Shown here: positions 46,941 to 57,232 of the stretch, one piece after another
Position numbering within the stretch: position 1 is the first letter of the stretch
Layout: each line of letters opens with the position of its first letter
Assembly: GCA_963702735.1 (NCBI GenBank)
Contig: CAVPDW010000003.1
Location: 1,173,479-1,237,478 of the forward strand
Direction: 5' to 3'
From: an uncultured Gammaproteobacteria bacterium
GTDB lineage: Bacteria; Pseudomonadota; Gammaproteobacteria; Steroidobacterales; Steroidobacteraceae
DNA: 64,000 nucleotides
Made by a program: the position numbers and the translations under genes
The notes under the pieces: model-generated
The model's database searches: none
Told to the model about the DNA's origin: nothing
What the model saw: the letters and a program-made list of their open reading frames with translations, nothing else

Positions 46941-49715
46941 GTGATCAATTCGAATCAGGCCGACGTTCGGCCGCCGGCGGCGGTCAGGTATTCTTCCATA
47001 TTAGGTTGCATCACAGCCGCACGGACTATGCTGCTGCTCGGCGCAGCAGGCCTCATCGCGGCGATACCCGTGCAGGTGAGAGCGGCCGACGAGGCGCAGC
47101 CGGGCAATCAGCTCGAGGAGGTCATCGTCACGGGCATCCGCGCGAGCCTTCAGTCCGCGATCGAGGTCAAGCGTGACGCCCCCGACATCGTCGAGGCGAT
47201 CTCCGCGGAAGACATCGGCAAGCTGCCGGATCCCAGCATTGCCGAAGCGCTGACCCGTCTTCCCGGCGTCACCGCCCAGCGTTCCGACGGACGCACTTCG
47301 GACATCAGCATCCGCGGCTTCGGCCCGGATTTCAACGGCACCTTGATGAACGGGCGCGAGCAGGTCAGCACCGGCGACAACCGCGCCATTCAGTTCGACC
47401 AGTACCCGGCGGAATTGATCCACGCGGTCGAGGTCTACAAGACCCCGGACGCAGCCCTCATCGGTCAGGGCCTGGCCGGCACGATCGACCTGCAGACCAC
47501 ACGTCCCCTAGAGTACGGCAAGCGCACTGTGGCACTCGACATGCGCGCCATCAAGAACGGTAACGGCGATCTCGGCGCCGGCGCCACCGACAAGCAGTAC
47601 CGCGCGAGCTTCTCCTACGTCGATCAATACCTGGACAACACGCTGGGCTTCACCTTCGGCTTCGCGCGTCTCGACACGCCGACTGATACCAAGGAAGTCG
47701 GTCTGTATGATCCGTGGCATCAGAACGGCACCGAACATGCCGGCGTGCCCGCCGATGCGTGGGTGACCGACGGCATCAAGTCGCTCGCCAGCACCGGTCT
47801 CGACAAGCGCGACGGCGCCGTCGCCACATTGGAATGGAGGCCGAACGCCGCCTACACCAGCACCGTCGATGCCTATTACACCAGTGACACTTGGGCGGAC
47901 GACCGGCGCAGCATCGAAGCCAATCTGGGCAACTATCCGGTGACGGCGAGTTATTCGAACCCCGTTATCGGCGGCGACAACTCGCTGATCGGCGCGACGG
48001 TCGCGGGTCTCGTCCCCTTGGCACGCAACTTCCTCTACATCACCAAGGACCAGATCTTCGCGACCGGCTGGAACAACAAGTGGACGCCCGGAGATTGGAC
48101 CTTCACCGGAGATATCGGCTTCTCGCGCGCGACGCGCGATGAGCACGACTATGAAACCCAGGCCACCTACCAGGGGGGTGTGACCGACACCGGCACCTTC
48201 TATATCCCGGACAGCTCTGCGCCGAGCTTCACGCTGAACAACGGTTACACGGACCCCTCAAAGGTCCTCGTGGGACCCACGATCTACGGAGCGGGCTACA
48301 GTCGTTTTCCGCACGTGGTCGATGAGTTGAAATCGGTGCGTTTCGATGCGTCGCACGCCCTATCCGGCTGGTTCAGCGCGCTGCAGGGCGGCCTCAATTA
48401 CGACGACCGCACCAAGACCAAGGTTCAGCCGGAGGCGAACCTCAATGCCGACGCCAACTGTCCCTGTCAAATCGCGAGCCAGTACCTGCTGCCGCCGACC
48501 AATTTGAGCTTCTCCGGCACGCCGAGCGCGCTCGCCTGGAATGTCCCGGCGGTGCTCGCCAATTACTTCCAGCCCATCCAGCCTTCGACCACGGCGAGCT
48601 ATCTCGTCGGCAAGAGCTGGGAGGTCACCGAGAAGCTGTCGACGGCCTACATCATGGCCAAGCTCGATCACGACCTGTCAGCGAACGTCAATCTGCGCGG
48701 CAACGTGGGTGTACAGGTCGTGCATACCGACCAGAGCTCCGATTCGAACGCGTACATTACCTCGGCGGTGCCCATTCATGATGGAACCACCTATAACGAT
48801 GTGCTGCCGTCGGCCAACCTGGTGTTCGGCTTCCCATCCGATCAGAAGCTGCGCGTCGGCCTCGCGCGCGAATTGGTGCGGGCGCGCATGGATCAGATGG
48901 ACGTGTCCTACGATTATTCGTATGCGACCGGGGGGACGTTCACGCCCACGGCCACCGGCGGCAATGCCAGACTTGCGCCCTGGCGCGCCGATGCGCTGGA
49001 TTTGTCGTACGAGAAATACTTCGAGAACAAGGCAGCCCTGTCGGCTGCCGCGTTCTACAAGAAGCTGGTCAGCTATATCTACGACATCACCAACCCCTAT
49101 AACTTCGCGGCGCAAAACGCGGCGGCATCGCCGAGTAATCCCTGCTTGATCGGGGGCGTCCCGACGCCGTGTCCGGAACTGCCGATCGGATTGTTTACGG
49201 CGCCTCAGAACGGCACGGGCGGACGCGTGGACGGCATCGAGCTGGCGTTTTCGGTGCCGGGTGAATTGTTGTGGGACGCGTTGACGGGCTTCGGCGCAAC
49301 CGGGAGCGTCTCGGAGACGGCGAGCAGCATCTCCATTCCTGGACAGGTCGCGGGCCTGCCTACGCAGAACATCACCTTGCCGGGACTGTCGAAGACGGTG
49401 TGGCAGGCGACGGTGTACTACGAGCGGGCGGGTTTTTCGGCGCGCCTCGCCACCACCTATCGCTCCAACTACATCGGCGAGATTACGGACTACGCGGGTG
49501 ACCGGGCGCTGGAATACGTGCGGCACGAGCAGATTAGTGCGTTTCAAGCGGGATATGACTTCCAAAATGGCCCGATGAAGGGCTTTGGTATCGTGTTCCA
49601 GGTCGACAACCTCACCAACACGCCGTTCATCGACTACGCGGGCGTCACCGCCCGCGTCCGAGACTACGAAACCTACGGGCGCGTGTTTTTCCTGGGCGCA
49701 AAGTACAAACTGTAG
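46941..49715 (+). CDS. TonB-dependent outer-membrane receptor (carbohydrate/CUT-locus type)
   Basis: 924 aa. Signal peptide, plug domain (EVIVTGIRASLQ, ISIRGFGPDFNGTLMNGRE, AVEVYKT), and a long beta-barrel. GTG start. Confidence 0.9.
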   Translation: MINSNQADVRPPAAVRYSSILGCITAARTMLLLGAAGLIAAIPVQVRAADEAQPGNQLEEVIVTGIRASLQSAIEVKRDAPDIVEAISAEDIGKLPDPSIAEALTRLPGVTAQRSDGRTSDISIRGFGPDFNGTLMNGREQVSTGDNRAIQFDQYPAELIHAVEVYKTPDAALIGQGLAGTIDLQTTRPLEYGKRTVALDMRAIKNGNGDLGAGATDKQYRASFSYVDQYLDNTLGFTFGFARLDTPTDTKEVGLYDPWHQNGTEHAGVPADAWVTDGIKSLASTGLDKRDGAVATLEWRPNAAYTSTVDAYYTSDTWADDRRSIEANLGNYPVTASYSNPVIGGDNSLIGATVAGLVPLARNFLYITKDQIFATGWNNKWTPGDWTFTGDIGFSRATRDEHDYETQATYQGGVTDTGTFYIPDSSAPSFTLNNGYTDPSKVLVGPTIYGAGYSRFPHVVDELKSVRFDASHALSGWFSALQGGLNYDDRTKTKVQPEANLNADANCPCQIASQYLLPPTNLSFSGTPSALAWNVPAVLANYFQPIQPSTTASYLVGKSWEVTEKLSTAYIMAKLDHDLSANVNLRGNVGVQVVHTDQSSDSNAYITSAVPIHDGTTYNDVLPSANLVFGFPSDQKLRVGLARELVRARMDQMDVSYDYSYATGGTFTPTATGGNARLAPWRADALDLSYEKYFENKAALSAAAFYKKLVSYIYDITNPYNFAAQNAAASPSNPCLIGGVPTPCPELPIGLFTAPQNGTGGRVDGIELAFSVPGELLWDALTGFGATGSVSETASSISIPGQVAGLPTQNITLPGLSKTVWQATVYYERAGFSARLATTYRSNYIGEITDYAGDRALEYVRHEQISAFQAGYDFQNGPMKGFGIVFQVDNLTNTPFIDYAGVTARVRDYETYGRVFFLGAKYKL

Positions 49716-49730
49716 TTCGATTGCTTTGCA

Positions 49731-49759
49731 GGACCCCCGCCGGATACCGGCGGGGGCCC
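49731..49759 (+). terminator. GC-rich hairpin between the TBDR and the amylase gene (terminator/attenuator-like, no T-tract)
   Basis: CCCCCGCCGG ata CCGGCGGGGG: a perfect 10-bp stem at 49734-49756, starting 19 nt after the TBDR stop. Confidence 0.45.
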
Positions 49760-49816
49760 GATAGCGGGCCGACCGGCCGGCATCTCTTAGGAGGAGTGGC
49801 GCGTGAGAGGAATGGC

Positions 49817-51661
49817 GTGAATCGTGCGCTTAAGGGTATATCCGTCGCCGCCGTTGCGGCGTCGCTGCTGGGTTTGAGTTGCGCGGCCGCAAGCCTTGCA
49901 CCGCCGGCGCAAGACTACCGCAGCAGACTGCCGGCCGACGAGATCATCTATTTTCTCCTGCCCGACCGATTCGAGAACGGCGATGCGTCCAATGATCGAG
50001 GCGGCTTGACGGGCGGACGGCTGGCCACGGGTTTCGACCCCGCTGCGAAAGGTTTCTACCACGGCGGAGACCTGCGGGGCCTCATCGCTCGTTTGGACTA
50101 CATTCAGGCCCTCGGCGCGACCGCCGTTTGGCTCGGGCCCGTGTTCAAGAACAAACCCGTGCAGGGCGCGCCCGGCCATGAGTCGGCGGGGTACCACGGT
50201 TACTGGATCACCGATTTCACCCGCGTCGATCCGCACTTCGGCAATGATGAGGACATGCGCAACCTCGCGGAGGCGGTTCATTCGCGGGGTATGAAGCTGT
50301 ACCTGGACATCGTTGCAAATCACACGGCCGACGTCATCGCGTATCGCGAGTGTCCGCGAGGCGACTGTCCGTACCGATCACGCGCAGATTATCCCTACAC
50401 GCGCCGCGGCGGAGTCGCGGGCGAAGCCATCAACCCAGGGTTTCTCGGTGATGCCGCTGCGTATCAGACCGAGGAGAACTTCGCGAAGCTCACGCGCCCG
50501 GACTATGCCTACACGCCCTACGTACCCGCGGGACAGGAGCGCATCAAGGTTCCCCTTTGGCTGAACGACCTCATTTACTACCACAACCGGGGAAATTCGA
50601 CCTTTCAGGGCGAGAGTTCGACCATGGGAGACTTCGTCGGTCTCGACGACCTGATGACGGAGAACCCGCGCGTCGTGCGCGGATTCATCGACATTTACGG
50701 CGAGTGGATCGACAAGTACGCGATCGACGGCTTTCGCATCGACACCGCTCAGCACGTCAACCCCGAATTCTGGCGGCAATTCGTGCCGGCGATGCAGGCG
50801 CGCGCAGCGCAGCGGGGCATACCGCATTTCCACATCTTCGGCGAGGTGGCGACATCCGACTTCGATCCGGCGCGCCTTGCGAGGCACACCCGCATCGACG
50901 GGTTGCCGGCGGTCCTGGATTTCGGCTTTGCGTTGGGTGTGCGTGAAACCGTGGCCGGATCCGCGGGGACCGGGCGCCTCGCTGAGCTTTTTGCAGATGA
51001 TGCCCTCTACGAGGGCGGGGCGGCGGCTGCGCGGCAGCTTCCCACCTTCATCAGTAATCATGACATGGGCCGCTTCGGGTATTACGTGCGCAAGGCGCGG
51101 CCGGATGCCTCGGATCAAGAGGTCTTGAAGCGAGTGATTCTCGGCTACGCCATGCTCATGACATTGCGCGGCGTACCCGTCATCTACTATGGCGACGAGC
51201 AAGGTTTCGCGGGCACGGGCGGCGACCAGGATGCTCGCGAGGACATGTTCGCGAGTAAGACCGCAAGCTACAACGCGGAGAGGTTGATCGGCACCCGTGC
51301 CACCACCGCCCGGAGCAGTTTCGACACCGCCCGCCCGATATTTCGAGCGATCGCCGAGTTGGCGATGCTGCGCCGTGCAAACACCGCGCTGCGCGAGGGG
51401 GAACAGGTGGTGCGGGCCTACACGCAAGCCGCGGGTATATTCGCTGTGTCGCGGCTGGATGCGAGGAGCAACACGGAAGTGCTCACGGTATTCAATACCT
51501 CCAAGCTTCCCCTCGACGCTCAGGTCGAGGTCGATCCGCAGGCCATGCGATTTCGCTCTCTGCACGGCAGCTGCGCCGCGGCGCCGTCGGCACCCGGCAG
51601 CTACCCGGTGCACCTCGCCGCGCTGGACTACATCATCTGCACTTCGGCACCGGGCGCATGA
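49817..51661 (+). CDS. Secreted alpha-amylase family glycoside hydrolase (GH13)
   Basis: Signal peptide (ISVAAVAASLLGLSCAAAS), DRFENGD, GGDLRGLIARLDYIQALGATAVWLGPV, GYHGYWITDF, DIVANHTA, GFRIDTAQHV. GTG at 49817 has GAGAGG upstream. An alternative GTG lies at 49796. Confidence 0.88.
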   Translation: MNRALKGISVAAVAASLLGLSCAAASLAPPAQDYRSRLPADEIIYFLLPDRFENGDASNDRGGLTGGRLATGFDPAAKGFYHGGDLRGLIARLDYIQALGATAVWLGPVFKNKPVQGAPGHESAGYHGYWITDFTRVDPHFGNDEDMRNLAEAVHSRGMKLYLDIVANHTADVIAYRECPRGDCPYRSRADYPYTRRGGVAGEAINPGFLGDAAAYQTEENFAKLTRPDYAYTPYVPAGQERIKVPLWLNDLIYYHNRGNSTFQGESSTMGDFVGLDDLMTENPRVVRGFIDIYGEWIDKYAIDGFRIDTAQHVNPEFWRQFVPAMQARAAQRGIPHFHIFGEVATSDFDPARLARHTRIDGLPAVLDFGFALGVRETVAGSAGTGRLAELFADDALYEGGAAAARQLPTFISNHDMGRFGYYVRKARPDASDQEVLKRVILGYAMLMTLRGVPVIYYGDEQGFAGTGGDQDAREDMFASKTASYNAERLIGTRATTARSSFDTARPIFRAIAELAMLRRANTALREGEQVVRAYTQAAGIFAVSRLDARSNTEVLTVFNTSKLPLDAQVEVDPQAMRFRSLHGSCAAAPSAPGSYPVHLAALDYIICTSAPGA

Positions 51662-53253
51662 CGGTTGTGCCGGCCCCCTGGTGGCGCGGCGCGGTGATCT
51701 ATCAGATCTATCCGCGCAGCTTTAGCGACTCGAATGCCGACGGCATCGGAGATCTGCCGGGCATCACGGCCAATCTCGACTATGTAGCTTCGCTCGGTGT
51801 CGATGCGATTTGGCTGTCGCCGTTCTTCACGTCGCCGATGAGGGATTTCGGCTACGACATATCCGACTACTGCGATGTGGACCCTATTTTCGGGACGCTG
51901 CGCGATTTCGATCGATTGCTCAAGACCGCGCATGCTCTCGGCCTCAAGGTCGTCATCGATCAGGTGTATTCGCACACATCGGATCAGCATCCGTGGTTTC
52001 GCCAGAGCCGCGAGAGCCGCGGCAATCCGCGCGCCGACTGGTACGTCTGGGCGGACCCCAAAGCGGACGGCTCGCCGCCGACCAACTGGCAGTCGGTCTT
52101 CAGCGGCTCCGCATGGACTTGGAATGCGAGGCGCGGACAGTACTACCTGCACAATTTTCTCGCCGAACAACCGGATCTCAACGTCCACAACGCACAGGTC
52201 CAGGAAGCACTGCTGGCGTGCGCGCGGTTCTGGTTCGACCGGGGCGTCGACGGATTCCGCCTCGATGCCATCAACTACGCCATGCATGATGTCCTGCTGC
52301 GCGACAACCCCGCCGCGCCGCCGGACGGTCGGGCGCGATTGCGTCCGGCCGACTATCAACTGGCCGTTTACAACAAGTCCCATCCTGATCTGCCGCGCTT
52401 CGTCGAACGAATACGCGCAGTTGCCGATGAATACGGCGGGCGCTTTCTCGTGGCGGAGGTCGGCGGCGAGGACACCGAAATGGAAATGAAGCTGCTTACC
52501 GAGGGCGATTCGCGCTTTCACACGGCCTATGGGTTCAATTTCCTCTACGCCGAGCGGTTGACTCCCGACCTGGTACGCTCGGCGCTCGGCGCCTGGCAGG
52601 AGGGCGCCGGCTGGCCGAGCTGGGCGTTTTCCAATCACGATGCGCCGCGGGCAACCTCGCGTTGGGCGCCGCAGCCCCTGCAAAGCGCGTGTTCCCAGGT
52701 CTCCGCGCTGCTGCAAATGTGTTTGCGAGGCAATGTATTTCTGTATCAAGGAGAAGAACTGGGATTGCCGCAAGCGCAGATCGGTTTTGAGGACCTCAAG
52801 GACCCTGAGGCGATCGCGAACTGGCCGGTCACCCTCGGGCGCGACGGTGCGCGCACACCCATGCCCTGGCGGTCCTGCGCCGTGAATGCAGGATTCTCGA
52901 CGGGAAAGCCGTGGCATCCCGTAAGCCCGGAGCACGTTGCGCTCGCGGTGGACCGCCAGCAGCTCGACTCGAGCTCGCAACTTGCGCTCACTCGACGACT
53001 CATCCATCTGCGCCGCGGCAGCCGGGCGCTGCGCGAGGGCGCGCTGCACTTCGTAGATTCGCCGGCGAATCTTCTGGTGTTCGAGCGTAGATTCGGTACT
53101 GAGCGGCTGCTTTGCGCGTTCAATTTGGATCACAGCGAGCGCTCTTGGCGGCCCGATGGTCCCGACGAGTGGCGCATCATCGAGTCGGTGGGCTCCGTCC
53201 ACGGGTGGAACTTTCCCCCTCTGTCCGGCGTCGTCGCTCGATGCGGACCTTGA
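51658..53253 (+). CDS. Cytoplasmic alpha-glucosidase / oligo-1,6-glucosidase-like enzyme (GH13)
   Basis: 531 aa. WWRGAVIYQIYPRSFSDSNADGIGDLPG, GVDAIWLSPFFTSPMRDFGYDISDY, DQVYSHTSDQHPWF, GFRLDAINY. ATGA overlap with the amylase gene. Confidence 0.92.
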   Translation: MTVVPAPWWRGAVIYQIYPRSFSDSNADGIGDLPGITANLDYVASLGVDAIWLSPFFTSPMRDFGYDISDYCDVDPIFGTLRDFDRLLKTAHALGLKVVIDQVYSHTSDQHPWFRQSRESRGNPRADWYVWADPKADGSPPTNWQSVFSGSAWTWNARRGQYYLHNFLAEQPDLNVHNAQVQEALLACARFWFDRGVDGFRLDAINYAMHDVLLRDNPAAPPDGRARLRPADYQLAVYNKSHPDLPRFVERIRAVADEYGGRFLVAEVGGEDTEMEMKLLTEGDSRFHTAYGFNFLYAERLTPDLVRSALGAWQEGAGWPSWAFSNHDAPRATSRWAPQPLQSACSQVSALLQMCLRGNVFLYQGEELGLPQAQIGFEDLKDPEAIANWPVTLGRDGARTPMPWRSCAVNAGFSTGKPWHPVSPEHVALAVDRQQLDSSSQLALTRRLIHLRRGSRALREGALHFVDSPANLLVFERRFGTERLLCAFNLDHSERSWRPDGPDEWRIIESVGSVHGWNFPPLSGVVARCGP

Positions 53254-55736
53254 ATTGGGCAGCGGGCGCATTCGCCGTCGCGTGGGGAGCGGTGGTGGCT
53301 CAACCCATGACCGGTTCGGGCGTCATCGAGTGGCGGGATCGGGGGGCGAGCGTCGCGGTGGAGTCAGCGACCGGCCCGCATCGGGTCTATCGATTCTCGA
53401 CGACGTCCGCCGCTCACGGGCGGGCCGAACGATCGGTCGCAGAGGAGCAAGGACAACCCTACGTGCGCACCGGCAACCTCATGTTCGACGGATTGTTCGC
53501 CATGGCATTGGCCGATGCGCGGCTCGACGAAGTCGCGCAGATCCGCGACGTCTCCTTCGACCACGGCCGGCCCGTCGACTGCACCTGCTTCGAGAGCGGC
53601 GAGAAGTGGCCATATGTTTGGACGCGCGACATTTCTTACGCGGTCGATCTCGGCCTCGCCTCCGTGGATCCCCGGCGTGCGCTCAATTCGTTGCTGTTCA
53701 AGACATCGAGGATTCGCGCCGAGGTGTCGAACGAGCAGCTGCGGGACGCAACCGTAGTCGCTCAGGACACTGGAAGCGGGGGTAGCTGGCCGGTCAGCAC
53801 CGACCGAGTCGTCTGGATTCTGGCGGCCGGCGACATGCTCGAGCAGCTGCCGGCGACCGCACGCCCGGCGCTCGCGCGCCGTATCTATCGAATCGCTCGG
53901 GACACGGTAGAACAGGATCGGCGCTTCGCGTTCGACGCGTATGCAAAGTTGTATCGCGGCGAGACCTCGTTCCTCGATTGGCGCGAACAGAACTATCCGG
54001 CCCGGACGCGAGACGATGTGTCGAGCATTGCCGCGGGCTATGCCTTTTCCACGAACGTCCTTCAGGTGATTGCACTCGAGCGTACGGCGCAATTCGCCGA
54101 TGAGGCGGGCGACACGCGGGCGGCGCTCTACCGCCGGTGGTCGGAGGATTTGCGGCGCGCGGTGAACTCGCGATTCTGGCAGCCGCAATCGGGTCTGTAC
54201 TCGAGCTACCTCGGTGCGGAGCCGAATTCGGCCCCTTCCGGCTCGTACGATTTGTTGGGCCTGTCACTTGCCGTCATTCACGGCATCGCGGATGAAAACC
54301 GTGCACATCTGATATTGCAGCACTATCCGCTGAGCGCCGCGGGACCCCCGGTGGTGTGGCCCGAGCAGTCAGACATCGCCGTCTACCACAATCGCGCCCT
54401 CTGGCCGTTCGTGACCGCGTATGCCCTGCGCGCGGCAATCAAGGCCAGGCATGCCGAATTGGCGGGCGAGTTGGTGCAATCCCTGATGCGCGGATCGGCT
54501 CTGTCGCTCTCCAACATGGAGAACTTCGAGTTTCTCACCCAACAAGCGCGATTCGAGGACGGGGAGCTCTCCGGCCCCGTGATCAACTCGCCGCGGCAAC
54601 TATGGTCGGTCGCCGCCTATCTCGGGATGGTAGAGAATGCGTTGTGGGGTATGGAATTGCACCAGGGAAGGTTGGGGATCTCGCCGCGGCTGCCTGCCCG
54701 GCTGGCTCATGAACTGTTCGGCGAGCAGCGCGCCGTAACGTTGCGTGACTACGAGGCGGACGGCCGCTCGTTGAATGTCACCCTGTACTTGCCTCCGGTG
54801 TGGCCGGCGAACGGTTGGCTCGAGCCGCAGTCGATGTCGCTCAACGGCCGGCGGGTGACGGGGTCCATCGACCTACGCCGGCTGCGCTCGGGCGGCCGCA
54901 ACGAGGTGCACGTGGCGATGCGGGCAGTTGCGGGAGTTCCGCAGGCGATCGCGAGAATCCCCGGCGAGGATTCGCGACTTCTGACCGCGGAACAGAAGCG
55001 CGCCGTGTTTGCGCCGCCAGCGCCGGATTTTCTGTCCGCGAAGCGCGAGAATGCCGAGGTAACGTTGGCGTGGCAGGGCGCCCTACCGGGGACCACGGTG
55101 CAGATCTTCGCGAATGGACAACGCATTTCTAGGGGTGCGTCGGACCTGCACTTCGAGGACCGCACGCCGCGGCGGAGGGGCAGCGTTTGTTATTCCTTGA
55201 CTCAGAGTTTCAATGATACCGGTCTCGCCTCTTTGCAGAGCCGCGAACGGTGCATCGGGGCCGCCTCTTCCGTCGGCCTCACGGCGAACGACGGCAGTCC
55301 GACCCGGGTGGTGGAGGGCGTTGTGCAACATCCGGACTGGGGCTCGCCGTCCCAGCAGCTGCGGGGGGAATTCCTGCCTCCGGCAGCGGGGTGGTATCGC
55401 TTCGTGCTCGAATATTCGAACCCGCACGGTCCGATCAACACGGGAATCACCGCTGCGGTGAAGACCGTGAGCGCCGAATGCGACGGCGGCGCTGAGCAAT
55501 CGGGCAGCGTAGTCATGCCGCAAATGGGCGACGCCAGGTGGAATCTGTCGACCGGATTCATGTTCGAGGCCGCAGCCCAAGCCCGGTGCGAGCTGCGAGT
55601 CAGCGATGGCGTCAACATGTCCTATCTCGAGCATTTCGCCCGCTACACCGGCGGGGAAGGGGGAGAGTCCGGCGCACTCAACCGTGCGGACATCGGGCAG
55701 GCGCGAATCGACTTGATTCGGGAGCATGCCCCGTGA
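53241..55736 (+). CDS. Secreted six-hairpin (alpha/alpha)6 glycoside hydrolase-like protein (GH15/GH63-like) with a C-terminal beta-rich domain
   Basis: 831 aa from MRTLNWAAGAFAVAWGAVVAQP (signal peptide). WPYVWTRDISYAV resembles the glucoamylase Y-x-W-T-RD motif. The family call is tentative. Confidence 0.5.
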   Translation: MRTLNWAAGAFAVAWGAVVAQPMTGSGVIEWRDRGASVAVESATGPHRVYRFSTTSAAHGRAERSVAEEQGQPYVRTGNLMFDGLFAMALADARLDEVAQIRDVSFDHGRPVDCTCFESGEKWPYVWTRDISYAVDLGLASVDPRRALNSLLFKTSRIRAEVSNEQLRDATVVAQDTGSGGSWPVSTDRVVWILAAGDMLEQLPATARPALARRIYRIARDTVEQDRRFAFDAYAKLYRGETSFLDWREQNYPARTRDDVSSIAAGYAFSTNVLQVIALERTAQFADEAGDTRAALYRRWSEDLRRAVNSRFWQPQSGLYSSYLGAEPNSAPSGSYDLLGLSLAVIHGIADENRAHLILQHYPLSAAGPPVVWPEQSDIAVYHNRALWPFVTAYALRAAIKARHAELAGELVQSLMRGSALSLSNMENFEFLTQQARFEDGELSGPVINSPRQLWSVAAYLGMVENALWGMELHQGRLGISPRLPARLAHELFGEQRAVTLRDYEADGRSLNVTLYLPPVWPANGWLEPQSMSLNGRRVTGSIDLRRLRSGGRNEVHVAMRAVAGVPQAIARIPGEDSRLLTAEQKRAVFAPPAPDFLSAKRENAEVTLAWQGALPGTTVQIFANGQRISRGASDLHFEDRTPRRRGSVCYSLTQSFNDTGLASLQSRERCIGAASSVGLTANDGSPTRVVEGVVQHPDWGSPSQQLRGEFLPPAAGWYRFVLEYSNPHGPINTGITAAVKTVSAECDGGAEQSGSVVMPQMGDARWNLSTGFMFEAAAQARCELRVSDGVNMSYLEHFARYTGGEGGESGALNRADIGQARIDLIREHAP

Positions 55737-57232
55737 GGCAAGACAAGCCCTCGCTCACGTTCTGGCAGATCTGGAACATGTGCTTCGGATTTCTGGGATT
55801 GCAGTTTGCGTTCGGGTTGCAAAACGCCAATGTCAGCAGGATATTTCAATCTCTGGGTGCTGACCTCGAACAGATTCCCGTCATGTGGATCGCGGCGCCG
55901 TTGACGGGACTCTTGGTCCAACCCGTTATCGGCTACCTGTCCGATCGGACGTGGTCTCGGCTCGGTCGTCGCAAGCCCTTTTTTCTCATCGGCGCCGTGC
56001 TCGCGGCGGCGGCGTTGTGGCTCATGCCGCGCGCGCCGACGTTGTGGTGCGCGGCCGCGCTGCTTTGGCTGCTGGACGCATCGATCAACGTGTCGATGGA
56101 GCCGTTCCGCGCCTTCGTCGGCGACCAGCTGGCGCCCGTGCAGCGCCCACTGGGCTATGCCATGCAAAGCTTCTTCATCGGCCTGGGTGCGATTGTGGCA
56201 AGCGCTTTACCGTGGATTCTGGCTCACTTTGGGTTTAGCAATACCGCAGTGTCGAGTCACGGACAGGCGAAAATTCCCGACACGGTGCGCTATGCATTCG
56301 ATGCGGGGGCCGCGGTGCTGCTGCTGGCGATCCTGTGGACCGTGCTGCGCACGCGGGAATATCCGCCGGAACAATTGCGCTCGTTCAGCGATGCAACGCC
56401 TTCCGTGGCACCGCCGCGGGTTGCGCCTGCCGGGAGCGGGTTGCGGCGGGGATTGGCGTGGAGCGCCGGTGGATTGATCGGGCTCTCTGCGGTGGGTGGT
56501 TTCGGCCTGGATCGCCAGCTGTACTTGATCTGCGCAGGGTCGTTGGCATGGGGTCTCGCGCTCGTGGCGCATCACATTTCGGACGTTCCGGGCGGCTTTG
56601 GCGCCGTGATGCGCGATCTTGAGGCCATGCCGGAAGCCATGCGCCGCCTCGCTCCGGTGCAATTCTTTTCCTGGCTGGCGCTTTTCGCCATGTGGATATA
56701 CACCACGGCCGCGGTGGCGCAAGTACATTTCGGGTCTACCGATCCGCGTTCGGAGGCCTTCAACCAAGGTGCCAACTGGGTCGGTGTGCTGTTCGCGACG
56801 TACAACGGCTGCGCCGCGGTCGCCGCAATCTTCATTCCGATGCTCGTGAATCGCTTGGGCCTGCGGATGAGCCACCTCGTGAATGTCTGGATCGGCGGCG
56901 CGGCCCTGCTGTCTTTCCTCGTGATCCGCAATCCCAACTGGTTGCTGGTATCGATGGCGGGTGTCGGGATTGCTTGGGCGTCGATACTGTCGCTGCCCTA
57001 TGTCCTGTTGTCCGACAGTTTACCCGCAGAGAAGATGGGACTGTACATGGGCGTGTTCAATTTCTTCATCGTCATACCGCAGCTGGTGGCGGCGAGCGTG
57101 CTCGGGTTGCTGCTGAAGTGGCTGTTCGGCGGCGCGCCGATCTATGCGCTCGCCGTCGGCGGAGTGAGTTTCCTGATCTCCGGAATCCTGGTGCTGCGGG
57201 TCGCGGAGCCCAAGGCCGCGGCAACCGTTTAG
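55733..57232 (+). CDS. MFS/GPH-type sugar:cation symporter (maltose/sucrose-transporter-like)
   Basis: 499 aa, about 12 TM helices. FWQIWNMCFGFLGLQF, PLTGLLVQPVIGYLSDRTWSRLGRRKPF. The GTG overlaps the preceding stop (GTGA). Confidence 0.85.
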   Translation: MRQDKPSLTFWQIWNMCFGFLGLQFAFGLQNANVSRIFQSLGADLEQIPVMWIAAPLTGLLVQPVIGYLSDRTWSRLGRRKPFFLIGAVLAAAALWLMPRAPTLWCAAALLWLLDASINVSMEPFRAFVGDQLAPVQRPLGYAMQSFFIGLGAIVASALPWILAHFGFSNTAVSSHGQAKIPDTVRYAFDAGAAVLLLAILWTVLRTREYPPEQLRSFSDATPSVAPPRVAPAGSGLRRGLAWSAGGLIGLSAVGGFGLDRQLYLICAGSLAWGLALVAHHISDVPGGFGAVMRDLEAMPEAMRRLAPVQFFSWLALFAMWIYTTAAVAQVHFGSTDPRSEAFNQGANWVGVLFATYNGCAAVAAIFIPMLVNRLGLRMSHLVNVWIGGAALLSFLVIRNPNWLLVSMAGVGIAWASILSLPYVLLSDSLPAEKMGLYMGVFNFFIVIPQLVAASVLGLLLKWLFGGAPIYALAVGGVSFLISGILVLRVAEPKAAATV

